From a virus (taxonomy: Duplodnaviria; Caudoviricetes): DNA of 64,000 nucleotides. The notes under the pieces were generated by a model, which ran no database searches, was not told the DNA's origin, and saw nothing but the letters and a program-made list of their open reading frames with translations. Position 1 is the stretch's first letter. Every line of letters starts with the position of its first letter. The stretch spans positions 51,084-115,083 of the IMG/VR virus record IMGVR_UViG_3300013426_000022, one strand, 5' to 3'. Position numbers and translations under genes: made by a program. Shown piece after piece: positions 50,610-60,254 of this stretch.

Positions 50610-51468
50610 ATGGCTAGAGATAATGTAAGAACTTTACAAAGTAATATCAAGAATAACTCTTCTAATATGCAAGATTATTCATTATTCTTAGGTGGATTAA
50701 ACGTTAAAAGAGCTGCTCTTGAACAATACGACGTATTGAAAAAAGGTAAAGGTAGAATATTCTTCACTAAAATGCCTTATTTCATGAAAGAATTAATGCC
50801 TAATGCCTCTAAAAACTTTAAGCATATAATTGAATGGTTTTATGAGTATATCAGGTATTTCTAACTTAGAAATGCAAACTGACCAAATCACTGGTGGTTA
50901 CGCAGGAAGAAGTTTCGAATTACCAACTATACTTCAAGACAATACACAATCTATAACTATAAAAGTTCTAGAATTCTCAGGTTCTCCAGTTAGAGAATAC
51001 TTAGAAATGTGGATGTCAGGAGTTAGTGACCCTAACTCAGGTTTTACTCACTATCATGGTTTGGCTATACCTCAAACTAATTCTAATGGTGTATTAGAAA
51101 AAGCTAAAGTTGAGGTATCACAAGCAAATCATACAGGTGAAATGTTCTATGTACAAACAGATGCTACAGGATTTAATGTTGAATTTGCTTCAATGTTATG
51201 TAATATATTCCCTAAAATATCTCCTAGAGATCATTTCAATCATGAATCAGGAGATGCGGCACATGTTGAATTAGACTTAGAATTCACTTGTACTCAATAT
51301 TGTTCACCAGATATAAATGCTGTTGCACAATTATTATTAAATAGATATAGAGTTCTTTATAACTATCTTGACTTCAAGAGTGATACTGCTAAAACTTCTA
51401 ATGGTACTTTATATCTTGACGCAAATCAATTCCCAGAAAGTAAAATTGCTGACTGGACAACAACATAG
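50610..51468 (+). CDS. Tail tube protein, frameshifted near 50830-50840
   Basis: Follows the sheath gene; EFSGSPVR...W..G..DP.SG..HY; two overlapping ORFs join at KHIIE/GFMSISG. Confidence 0.75.
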
Positions 51469-51473
51469 AAAAT

Positions 51474-51510
51474 AAATATGGTATATGAGATTATCTCATA
51501 TACCATATTT
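51474..51510. terminator. Bidirectional terminator
   Basis: 17-bp inverted repeat between convergent tube and portal genes. Confidence 0.8.
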
Positions 51511-51512
51511 TT

Positions 51513-53876
51513 TTAATATCCTCCACCTTCGTCACCAGTATTTTCTGTTTTAAGTTCTCCTGTAGCTTTCTTTTCTGCTATTTCTAATTTAACTCTATCC
51601 AATGATTTATCGATTTCTTCCCAAGGCAACATAGATAAAAGATTTCTAGCCATATCTTTTCTAAATAAATCTTTTTCTAATAAACGTTCATCACTATCTT
51701 GTTGGTTTTCACCATATACGTTTTTAAGTACAGTATCAAGTATTTGATCACCATATCCTATAGTATCAGCTAAGTTAGTATTAGGCAATGATTTTGGTTT
51801 TTGTAATGTATAATAGAAATTTTCTATATCAGCTTCGTCCATATCTGAACAATATAAAAGTATTTTTCTATACATAAGAGTTATACTTTCATTAAATGAT
51901 TCTTGATAATTCATTACTCTTCGTAATTGTTTTGCATTTGCCATTACTAACGTTTTTGCATAATCAGCTTCATTTATATAATTCATTATAACTGATGGTA
52001 CTCCCGTACCATTTATATATGATTGTTTTAAATTTTCCATTAAATCGTTCTGCATATCAACTTGTTGACCACTAATAACATCAAATTCAATACCTCTTTC
52101 TCCTGATTCTCCTACTGGCATAAATACATCTCTACCTGTACCTATCTTACCATATATGCTAGAATAATCCATTAAATCAGCTATTGATATTTGTTTACTC
52201 TTTATTTGTCTTGCTATTGAATTACATTTATTTATAATGTCTTTATCTATTCCAGATTGTTTTACGTAATTTATTTTAGTATCTTGAGATTTATCAAGAT
52301 GAGTAATCATATTAAATATCAATAAAGATAGATATAATTTAGCATAAAATAAAGAACCATATAACATAGATACACCATTACCATCCTCATCTTCATTAAT
52401 AGTGAATCTACATATATGATCAGCTGGTATAAATTGATAATGCAGTTTTCTTTTATACATATCATTGTATAATAATGAATTTATTATAAGGTCTTTAAAT
52501 TCTTCATTATCTTCAAGATATTTTTTATTGAATGATTTTACTATTCCGTTAGCTATAACGTCTATAACTGTTCTTTCTTTTTGAGATTTGTTTAACATAT
52601 TTCCAAATACACTACCTTTACCTAAAGTAGAACCAGGATTATGTCTACTACATCTATGTGTTATAGAATCCATTTCAGCATCTTCAATGTAATAATAACC
52701 TATAATATAATCCATTATTTTTATAGGAATAACTCTTTTAGGATCAAGTAGTTTTATATAACAACCTTTTACATCTGACCAGTCATCAATCTCTCTATTT
52801 CCTTTATTTGAAATAACGCCATCAGTAAAACCTATATTATTATCTTTTATACCAGGTTTACCATTTTTATATAAATTTTTATCTTCCGTTTTTTTCAATT
52901 CTTTATTCATTTTAGCATTTTTAAGTTTATCATCTTTTTTAGGTGGATTATATTTCATTAAAGGATTTAATTTATTAAATTTTTTAACATCCAATAAGGC
53001 AGTTAATGTATTATCATTTTCAATCAATGGTAATGGTATTTCATCATTACATATATTGAATTGGTTTTTTATTTCTTCATCTAAATAAACAACATCATCT
53101 TTTTTAACTTGCATAGATTCACATAAATCTTCTAATTCATATGATTCTAATGCCAATGATTTAATTTTAGAATTTCTATTATATTGTGCTTTTTTAAATA
53201 AATCTGATTTAGGTATAACATAAACATAATATTCACCATATTTTAATGTTTTTAAAACTATATGTTCTCTTACCTTATGATTTAATTTATATTCTTTTTC
53301 TATTCTTTTTACATCTTCTATAAGATCATCATATTTTTCACGTTGAGCAGTATCTGTTGAAAAGTTTAAACTTCTTGATATTTCCGCACCTATATTATCT
53401 GCACATAATATATCATCTCTCGTTGTATTAAGAGCTTCAGTTAATTCGACTAATTGGTCAGATATTATTTCTAAATCTTTAAATAATAAAGATTTATTTC
53501 TAAAACGTTCGTTAAATACTTCGAATATTGATGAATTTTTTGTATTAAATAAATCCTCTATCATAGCATCAGGATTATCTGCATTTCTAAAATTAAATGA
53601 ACCTGTACCTTCACCTGAATCTTTTAATGATTGTAATAAAAAAGCTCCTAAAGATACTTTTTCTTTGCCGCCTTCTTTTTTATTTTCAGACGGATTATCA
53701 TTTATTCCCATTATACTATCTATATAAAGTTCTAATCTATCTATATCTTGAACATTGTTGTTAGGATTTTTATAAGTATTCGTAGATATATTTTTCATCA
53801 CATCATTAGAACCATTATTCAAGTTATTTAATTCTTTTTTATTAACAACTTTATTCTTTTTATCGTCTTTAGGCAT
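51513..53876 (-). CDS. Portal protein
   Basis: LKYGEYY, LLDPKRVIPI, GVSML and TGVPS portal-like motifs; 787 aa; late promoter at 53915-53926. Confidence 0.75.
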   Translation of the reverse strand: MPKDDKKNKVVNKKELNNLNNGSNDVMKNISTNTYKNPNNNVQDIDRLELYIDSIMGINDNPSENKKEGGKEKVSLGAFLLQSLKDSGEGTGSFNFRNADNPDAMIEDLFNTKNSSIFEVFNERFRNKSLLFKDLEIISDQLVELTEALNTTRDDILCADNIGAEISRSLNFSTDTAQREKYDDLIEDVKRIEKEYKLNHKVREHIVLKTLKYGEYYVYVIPKSDLFKKAQYNRNSKIKSLALESYELEDLCESMQVKKDDVVYLDEEIKNQFNICNDEIPLPLIENDNTLTALLDVKKFNKLNPLMKYNPPKKDDKLKNAKMNKELKKTEDKNLYKNGKPGIKDNNIGFTDGVISNKGNREIDDWSDVKGCYIKLLDPKRVIPIKIMDYIIGYYYIEDAEMDSITHRCSRHNPGSTLGKGSVFGNMLNKSQKERTVIDVIANGIVKSFNKKYLEDNEEFKDLIINSLLYNDMYKRKLHYQFIPADHICRFTINEDEDGNGVSMLYGSLFYAKLYLSLLIFNMITHLDKSQDTKINYVKQSGIDKDIINKCNSIARQIKSKQISIADLMDYSSIYGKIGTGRDVFMPVGESGERGIEFDVISGQQVDMQNDLMENLKQSYINGTGVPSVIMNYINEADYAKTLVMANAKQLRRVMNYQESFNESITLMYRKILLYCSDMDEADIENFYYTLQKPKSLPNTNLADTIGYGDQILDTVLKNVYGENQQDSDERLLEKDLFRKDMARNLLSMLPWEEIDKSLDRVKLEIAEKKATGELKTENTGDEGGGY

Positions 53877-53972
53877 AATGTCATTACACTCCTTTCTTAA
53901 TAATTATAACACATTATGATATTGTTTTAACGATAAAAAAAATAGCCTATCGATATCCCGATAGGCTATATA

Positions 53973-54620
53973 TTATAATTTCACAAAATGATAAAAATAA
54001 TATACTTTTATATATTTATCTTTATATTCATGTGTAAATTCAAATATTGCATAAAAAGTTTTATCCATAGGAATTATATGAACATTTATATTTATTATCT
54101 TAGTTAAATTAGTAAATAATTTATGAGTTAAAAACATTCTATATCCATTAACATCATAATCGATGAATTTTTTTTCTTTGAACATATCAATTAAATCATT
54201 GCAATTCGAACATATTCCTTCACTATGTTGTATTGATATTAATTTATCTATATTTAATTCATCATTACATATATAATTTCCTATATGATATTCTCCTTCA
54301 GTTGTATTTATATAAATCTTATCTAATTTAACGGTCATGCTCTCTATTTTAGTTTTACCATTCTTAATACATTCATATATATTTTGACAAATTAATTGAA
54401 TTAAATCTCCTTCATTTAATTGAAATAAATTTGATAATCCTGAAGTTTCACATAAACATTTACATCCTTCTAGTTTCATATCCGTAGAAAATATTTTTCC
54501 ATTATAATCAAATATTACTGTGTTATATATATTTTTAACCATATTATTAAAAAAGTCGAGAGTGTTTAAAAAAGCACTCTTTTCTTTTTTATTATCAAAT
54601 TCTACATGATATTCGTACAT
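53973..54620 (-). CDS. Hypothetical protein co-transcribed with the DNA polymerase subunit
   Basis: 215 aa, AGGAGG RBS. Confidence 0.6.
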   Translation of the reverse strand: MYEYHVEFDNKKEKSAFLNTLDFFNNMVKNIYNTVIFDYNGKIFSTDMKLEGCKCLCETSGLSNLFQLNEGDLIQLICQNIYECIKNGKTKIESMTVKLDKIYINTTEGEYHIGNYICNDELNIDKLISIQHSEGICSNCNDLIDMFKEKKFIDYDVNGYRMFLTHKLFTNLTKIININVHIIPMDKTFYAIFEFTHEYKDKYIKVYYFYHFVKL

Positions 54621-54622
54621 TA

Positions 54623-56455
54623 TTATATAACCTCCTTATCTTTTCTCCTATAGATATTAGGTTCTGGTACTAAATTTTCTCTATCTAAATCAAATTGAAG
54701 TGCAAATTTTTCTAATACCTCTGTAGTATTAGGTAAATTAAACCATCTAACTCCTGTCATTATAGGATTATCACATAACATATTTTCTATAAATTCTTTA
54801 CCTGAATCATATTTGTCTTTTTTATCTTCTTTTTTATTCGAACGTCTATCTCCCATTTCATATGCGGTATATCTATCATATACTTTTTCTTCTAATGATA
54901 TTTTTCCTACAAGTGTATGTGGTCCTATATTATGAAGTATTTTAATACTAGGATAAAGAGAACTAAAGTCAAAATCAACGACGTATTTTCTAACGAATTT
55001 ATTCAATCTACCCATTATAGACATTCCATTTTTATTACTATTTAATCTAGGGTCAGCAACTAATGCACCTGAGAATTTTTCATCTTCCTCATCATCATCT
55101 TTTTCATCCCAACTTCTATTATAATCAACATTTAGATTATTTCCTATTATATAACCTTGTTTATAATAGTCAACATAAGCAAGGTTTCTTAATATTCTAG
55201 TTTCACTGAAACATTGTCTATATGGTGTGAAGTTTTCTATTGATGCTATATATAATGTTTCTAAATCTGAAGTTCTTCTTTCTATACCATATTGTAAAAG
55301 TGAATCTTTTAAGTTGTATATATAAAATTTTTTATAATCTACATATGGTAATGTTTTGATATTTGCTTCTTCACTATAATCTATTTTAGCTTCACCTATT
55401 TCATTTTGACCTACTATATTTAAACTCAATGACCCTAATTCTGATTGACCTTTACGCACTTGACCGTATAATATCATTTGATCTACCCATACTGTATAAT
55501 CTGATAATGTGAACCAATCTTTCTTTTGTTTTATCGCAAAATGAAGTTTATCTTCATAATAATAACATTTTTTAACTGGGAAATCGGGATGACACATTAT
55601 GTCTACTGGATTATAACCTAATACTCTTATTCTATCAATAAAATAATTAGCATCGAATTTCATATTCCAAAATAATATGAAATCTCTTTTTAGTGTATGA
55701 ACTAAAGCAAAATAATCACGAATCATTTTTATTTCATCTTTTTCATCATACATTAATATTTTGTATTCCCATTTCCCATAAAATTCTGTAAATAATTCTT
55801 CACATTCCTTTTTAACTTCGTCAATATTTTCTTCAAATTCTGATATTAATGGATTCTTATCATTTCTTAATAAAAAACTATAACATGTTTTAGTTTCTTC
55901 ATCTATTAATGCAATAGCATTTATTGGTGCTATACCACCATCTACGAATCCTTCTATTCCTATACCGTCTACTTCTATATCTGAATATAATTTAGTTATT
56001 TTCTTTATTTTATCATTATTATATTCCAATCCCCATTGTATTCTATAATATGCCTCAGGGTCATAATCAGAAGCCATTACATATTTATATTTATGAAGAT
56101 TCTTCAATGCATTTCTATTTTTTGTCAATACACAGTTTCTTAAATATTCAGCATAAGCTCCACCTGCATTATTTGCTATATCAAATAGAACTCTATTTGT
56201 TGTTGTTTTAAATACATCTACTTGGTCTAATGGCATTACATATTTACCATAATCATAAGTTCTATATTCTGGTTTTGTAAAAAAAATTTCCATTGGTGGA
56301 TTTTTTATATGTTCTAAATATTTCTTTCCTGTTGATAAATCTTTATATATTATATCTATACTATCATCTTCTTTTTTATTTCTTTTTTTGTTATATATTA
56401 TATTAACTAACATAAGGTCTTCTGTCTTTGTATATTTCTGTTTTAGAAATTTCAT
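54623..56455 (-). CDS. Split family-B DNA polymerase, N-terminal subunit (3'-5' exonuclease plus motif A)
   Basis: SDIEVD (ExoI), WNMKFD (ExoII), YNLKD (ExoIII), FSGALV, DFDFSSLYPS. Confidence 0.9.
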   Translation of the reverse strand: MKFLKQKYTKTEDLMLVNIIYNKKRNKKEDDSIDIIYKDLSTGKKYLEHIKNPPMEIFFTKPEYRTYDYGKYVMPLDQVDVFKTTTNRVLFDIANNAGGAYAEYLRNCVLTKNRNALKNLHKYKYVMASDYDPEAYYRIQWGLEYNNDKIKKITKLYSDIEVDGIGIEGFVDGGIAPINAIALIDEETKTCYSFLLRNDKNPLISEFEENIDEVKKECEELFTEFYGKWEYKILMYDEKDEIKMIRDYFALVHTLKRDFILFWNMKFDANYFIDRIRVLGYNPVDIMCHPDFPVKKCYYYEDKLHFAIKQKKDWFTLSDYTVWVDQMILYGQVRKGQSELGSLSLNIVGQNEIGEAKIDYSEEANIKTLPYVDYKKFYIYNLKDSLLQYGIERRTSDLETLYIASIENFTPYRQCFSETRILRNLAYVDYYKQGYIIGNNLNVDYNRSWDEKDDDEEDEKFSGALVADPRLNSNKNGMSIMGRLNKFVRKYVVDFDFSSLYPSIKILHNIGPHTLVGKISLEEKVYDRYTAYEMGDRRSNKKEDKKDKYDSGKEFIENMLCDNPIMTGVRWFNLPNTTEVLEKFALQFDLDRENLVPEPNIYRRKDKEVI

Positions 56456-56464
56456 AATAACCTC

Positions 56465-56923
56465 CTATTTGTTAACAACTACTTTTACATTATCTTTACA
56501 TTTAAAATATGTTTTTTGAGAATTTTCTACACTATAATTATCATCATATATTATATTTATATAATTATTATTATCTAAATATTTACGCATTTCGTATTCA
56601 AAATCATTCATAGCATTTAACATATTTTTATAAGATACCATAAAATCAATAGCCTCTTTTTTTTCTAGCTCAATATATTCTTTTTCACATTCTAAGTCTA
56701 AGTCGCTTATATATACAAATCCATCTTCTCTAATACCTATTTCAAGATATCCTGTACTAGAATCTTTTTTAGGACTTTTGAATAATAACGAAAATTGTCC
56801 GAAACAATTATCATGTTTCCATTTATTAAAATCTTTATCTAATAAGCATTTATTACCATTTGCTTCAAATAATGCATCCATTGTATATTTACAATCCCAA
56901 TATTTACTTTCTAATTTTTTCAT
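56465..56923 (-). CDS. Hypothetical protein
   Basis: AGGAGG RBS; promoter at 56952-56963. Confidence 0.65.
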   Translation of the reverse strand: MKKLESKYWDCKYTMDALFEANGNKCLLDKDFNKWKHDNCFGQFSLLFKSPKKDSSTGYLEIGIREDGFVYISDLDLECEKEYIELEKKEAIDFMVSYKNMLNAMNDFEYEMRKYLDNNNYINIIYDDNYSVENSQKTYFKCKDNVKVVVNK

Positions 56924-57012
56924 ATTATTTACCTCCTATAAAATTCATTCATATTTAATTGTTAAAACGGAATTAAAAAAGTATAAGGCTTGATAAACCT
57001 TATACTTTTTAT

Positions 57013-58026
57013 TTATTCATATATTTCTATAACTTTATATGATCTACCGAATTTATCTGTTGCATATTTATGATCCGCACTAAATTTTACTTTTCCTAAA
57101 TCTTTTTTATCAGGAATAGGATAATCTAATACTTCATTTCCATTTTCACTTACAGCTATTATTTTCCAATCATCATTCACTGCATTATATTTTATTTTTA
57201 ATTCAACATTTAAATTTTCATATAAAATATATTTATTTGCTTCATCAGATCTATTTGTTTCTTGTTCCAATCGTTTAGCAATATGATCATCTAACATTGT
57301 ATTTTTTTCTGACAATTTATTTGCATACTCTATTTCTTCTGGAACATCATCTTCGGTTTGTATTGATGGTGTATTATCATTTAATGCTTCCATAAAATTA
57401 TTTCTACCAACACGCATTATCTCTTTAAAATAAGTATTAGCACTATATTCTGCACTATCACCTTCACCTTCTCCTCCGAAACGTCTTCCTTCTTTAAGTT
57501 GTAAATCCAAAATGTTCTTTTTAAGAGAAGTTAATTCTTTTACTATTTGTAATTTAGTAGATTTAGTTGCTAATATGGATTGAATTAAATCATTTGTATA
57601 TTTAGATACACCTTTGGTTTTAGAACCCGCCATTGATTCATATTTTTTATCTAGTTTTTTACCAAATTTATTAACTTCATCTAATAAATCATTAAGCATA
57701 GTTAGTTCTTCTGCAAATTCTTTTTTAAGTACATTATCACCATCTTTAAGTTTATTATAACTACGTTTACCACGTCTAGCTATATCGCCAGTAACATCAT
57801 CTTCGTATTCATTTTGTTCCCAATCATCTGCTATTTGATAAAAATCAAAATCAGTTGTATCATCAGCAAATTGTTGTACTTGATTTAATGTATCATTTTC
57901 ATTATTATTCATATCAGTCATTATTTCTTCATAATCTGATAGAAAATCATATTCTTCATTATAACTAGTATCAAAATTACTATTATCTTGAAGTTCAGGG
58001 TCATTATTTAAAGAATCAAAATTCAT
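57013..58026 (-). CDS. Hypothetical protein (acidic N-terminus, coiled coil)
   Basis: 337-aa ORF, AGGAGG RBS. Confidence 0.65.
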   Translation of the reverse strand: MNFDSLNNDPELQDNSNFDTSYNEEYDFLSDYEEIMTDMNNNENDTLNQVQQFADDTTDFDFYQIADDWEQNEYEDDVTGDIARRGKRSYNKLKDGDNVLKKEFAEELTMLNDLLDEVNKFGKKLDKKYESMAGSKTKGVSKYTNDLIQSILATKSTKLQIVKELTSLKKNILDLQLKEGRRFGGEGEGDSAEYSANTYFKEIMRVGRNNFMEALNDNTPSIQTEDDVPEEIEYANKLSEKNTMLDDHIAKRLEQETNRSDEANKYILYENLNVELKIKYNAVNDDWKIIAVSENGNEVLDYPIPDKKDLGKVKFSADHKYATDKFGRSYKVIEIYE

Positions 58027-58120
58027 AACATATACCTCCTATATTATTTATTTAATAGTTATATAATTGTATTTTTATATAAAAAAAATAAAGTGGAATG
58101 AATCCACTTTATTTTTTAGA

Positions 58121-59530
58121 TTATTTATTAGTATTATTCATAGGTTGAACTTTTTTAATTGGTTTATATTCTTGTAAATATTGATCGTCTCCTAATATAA
58201 CATCAATATCCCTAGGAGTTAATAATCTATATTTCTTTATTGGCATCTTTATTAATACTTCTCTTTCATTTATAAAAGAATTATACATTCCTCTATATAC
58301 AGATTTTTCTTTATTATAAGCATCTGTTAATATTTTTTCTACGTCTATAGCTTCTATATCTTCATCTATATATATTTCTAATACCCCTCCGAACATATTA
58401 CAATCCGAACCACCTCTTCTAGAGAAATTTTTAGCAGTTCTTAAATCTTTTGAACAGCTTATAAAACCATTTTCATAATGTCTTAATACACTTAATACAT
58501 CAGGTACTCCATTTCTATTATAGAATCCATGATATACTACTCCAGTATATTTATAATCAGCTAAATATTTATCCATTAGTTTTTTACATTGAAAATCTGG
58601 TCTATCTCCACCATATGTTAATACTGTTTTTATTTCATTGTATTTAATTATGTTATCAAAAGTGTTACTTTCTAACAATTCGTTTATTTTATCAATAATA
58701 TTTTGTTTATCCTCGTCATCTAAATCTTTGCTTATAGTTTCAGTTTTTATATCTTTTATTAAATTAAATAATGCTAATTTATTAACGAAATTGAAATCAG
58801 TTACAAACGGATTCATATCTTCTACGATTTTTAAATATGCTGAATATTTTTGTGCTATTTCTAAAGATAAATCCATATTTCTTGAAATGAAGTTTATATT
58901 TGTTCTTATTAAAGCAGTTATTAAAGCTGTTTCTTTATTTCTGTCATAATCATAATCTGGTTCTATATCTTTATTTTTCCAATCATTTACAGTGATTGGA
59001 GCATTTGGAATATCATTTTCATTATTATTATCTAAAGTTCTCTTTAAATTTTTTCTACCTCTATAATAAATAATATTATCTACTTGATTAAAAGCATCGA
59101 AAACATATACTATTTTATAAAATAATGCAGAAAAATAACTATCTATATTTTCAACTGTTTGTTTTCTAATATTAGATGAAGTATAAGCTAATAATATTTT
59201 TGTAGCTAATATCACTTTTAATATAATTAAATTATCATCTCTTTTATCTAATTTATAACCGTTTCCTTGATAACCATAACCATAAGTTGGTTGTTCATCA
59301 TATAAATAATCAGCAAATACTTCAATTCTATTTATTAGATCTCTAGGGACATTGAAATCAAATACCATAGCATTTGCCTTTAAACGAGATAATACTGAAG
59401 CATTTATAAAATAATTATCAAAGAAAGTTACTGTCTTATTAACAGCTTTCATATTTTCTTTATTGAAAAATTTTGAATCACTTCTCACATTTTCAAAATA
59501 ATTATCAATTATAAATTCATTAAATTTCAT
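58121..59530 (-). CDS. Putative ADP-ribosyltransferase (C-terminal ART domain)
   Basis: VVYHG...FISCSKD..TA.NF...NEREVL matches the ART strand-1 / SxS / ExE arrangement. Confidence 0.6.
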   Translation of the reverse strand: MKFNEFIIDNYFENVRSDSKFFNKENMKAVNKTVTFFDNYFINASVLSRLKANAMVFDFNVPRDLINRIEVFADYLYDEQPTYGYGYQGNGYKLDKRDDNLIILKVILATKILLAYTSSNIRKQTVENIDSYFSALFYKIVYVFDAFNQVDNIIYYRGRKNLKRTLDNNNENDIPNAPITVNDWKNKDIEPDYDYDRNKETALITALIRTNINFISRNMDLSLEIAQKYSAYLKIVEDMNPFVTDFNFVNKLALFNLIKDIKTETISKDLDDEDKQNIIDKINELLESNTFDNIIKYNEIKTVLTYGGDRPDFQCKKLMDKYLADYKYTGVVYHGFYNRNGVPDVLSVLRHYENGFISCSKDLRTAKNFSRRGGSDCNMFGGVLEIYIDEDIEAIDVEKILTDAYNKEKSVYRGMYNSFINEREVLIKMPIKKYRLLTPRDIDVILGDDQYLQEYKPIKKVQPMNNTNK

Positions 59531-59541
59531 TTACATACCTC

Positions 59542-59967
59542 CTATATATTAGTAATATTATTTATTTCAGGATGTTGTTTTAATATCCTTTTATTCATTT
59601 TTATAAGTAGATTAGTGTATATCGTATGATTATTCATTGCTTGAAATATATCAAACGATCTTTTAAGTGTAACCAAATCGTTTAAATCAGGATTGTTTGG
59701 TTGCATAGTTATAGGATCTTTATCAGTTAACATTAAAGTTGTTTCATAATAAACTGTATTATTTTCATCAGTAAATATAGTAGTATAAAGATTAACAACT
59801 ATATCTCCGACTACTAAATATGAATTCAATGGTAACCTATCATCAGAATATAATAGTTTTTCTATATCAGTTAATTTGTCACCTTTGTTTTTAAAAATAC
59901 CTTTTTTATATTTTACAATATCTTCAGATAATAATTCTTTTGTTATCTCTTTATAATCAGTTATCAT
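59542..59967 (-). CDS. Hypothetical protein (start MITDY)
   Basis: AGGAGG RBS; YETTL...A.NNH pattern. Confidence 0.6.
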   Translation of the reverse strand: MITDYKEITKELLSEDIVKYKKGIFKNKGDKLTDIEKLLYSDDRLPLNSYLVVGDIVVNLYTTIFTDENNTVYYETTLMLTDKDPITMQPNNPDLNDLVTLKRSFDIFQAMNNHTIYTNLLIKMNKRILKQHPEINNITNI

Positions 59968-59980
59968 TTTTCTTCCTCCT

Positions 59981-60160
59981 TTAATATGCTTTTGGTAAAT
60001 TAGAATCGTGTTTGATATCACTTTCTATTTTTAGTTTATTTATGAAAATATTATTTCTTTGTATTGTACCTGATTTTGTACTTTTATATTTTCCACCAAG
60101 TACTTTTTTAACTTCATTCACTTTTTGACCAGTGTGTAACTCATACTCTTCTTTTAACAT
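59981..60160 (-). CDS. Small basic early protein (start MLKEEY)
   Basis: AGGAGG RBS; early promoter at 60223-60236. Confidence 0.55.
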   Translation of the reverse strand: MLKEEYELHTGQKVNEVKKVLGGKYKSTKSGTIQRNNIFINKLKIESDIKHDSNLPKAY

Positions 60161-60254
60161 ATCCTTTCCTCCTTGAAATAAAAATAAATGAAGTATACGA
60201 ATCGTATACTTCATTCACATATATAATATATAATTGATTTCATTGACTTTTTCA

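Noticed and set aside
50825-50845. Programmed frameshift in the tail tube gene
   Set aside because: A TTTT run could allow +1 slippage, but the tube needs abundant full-length product, and a lost 2-nt unit (GAA-TAT-GGT) explains it more simply; kept only among the broken-gene lesions.
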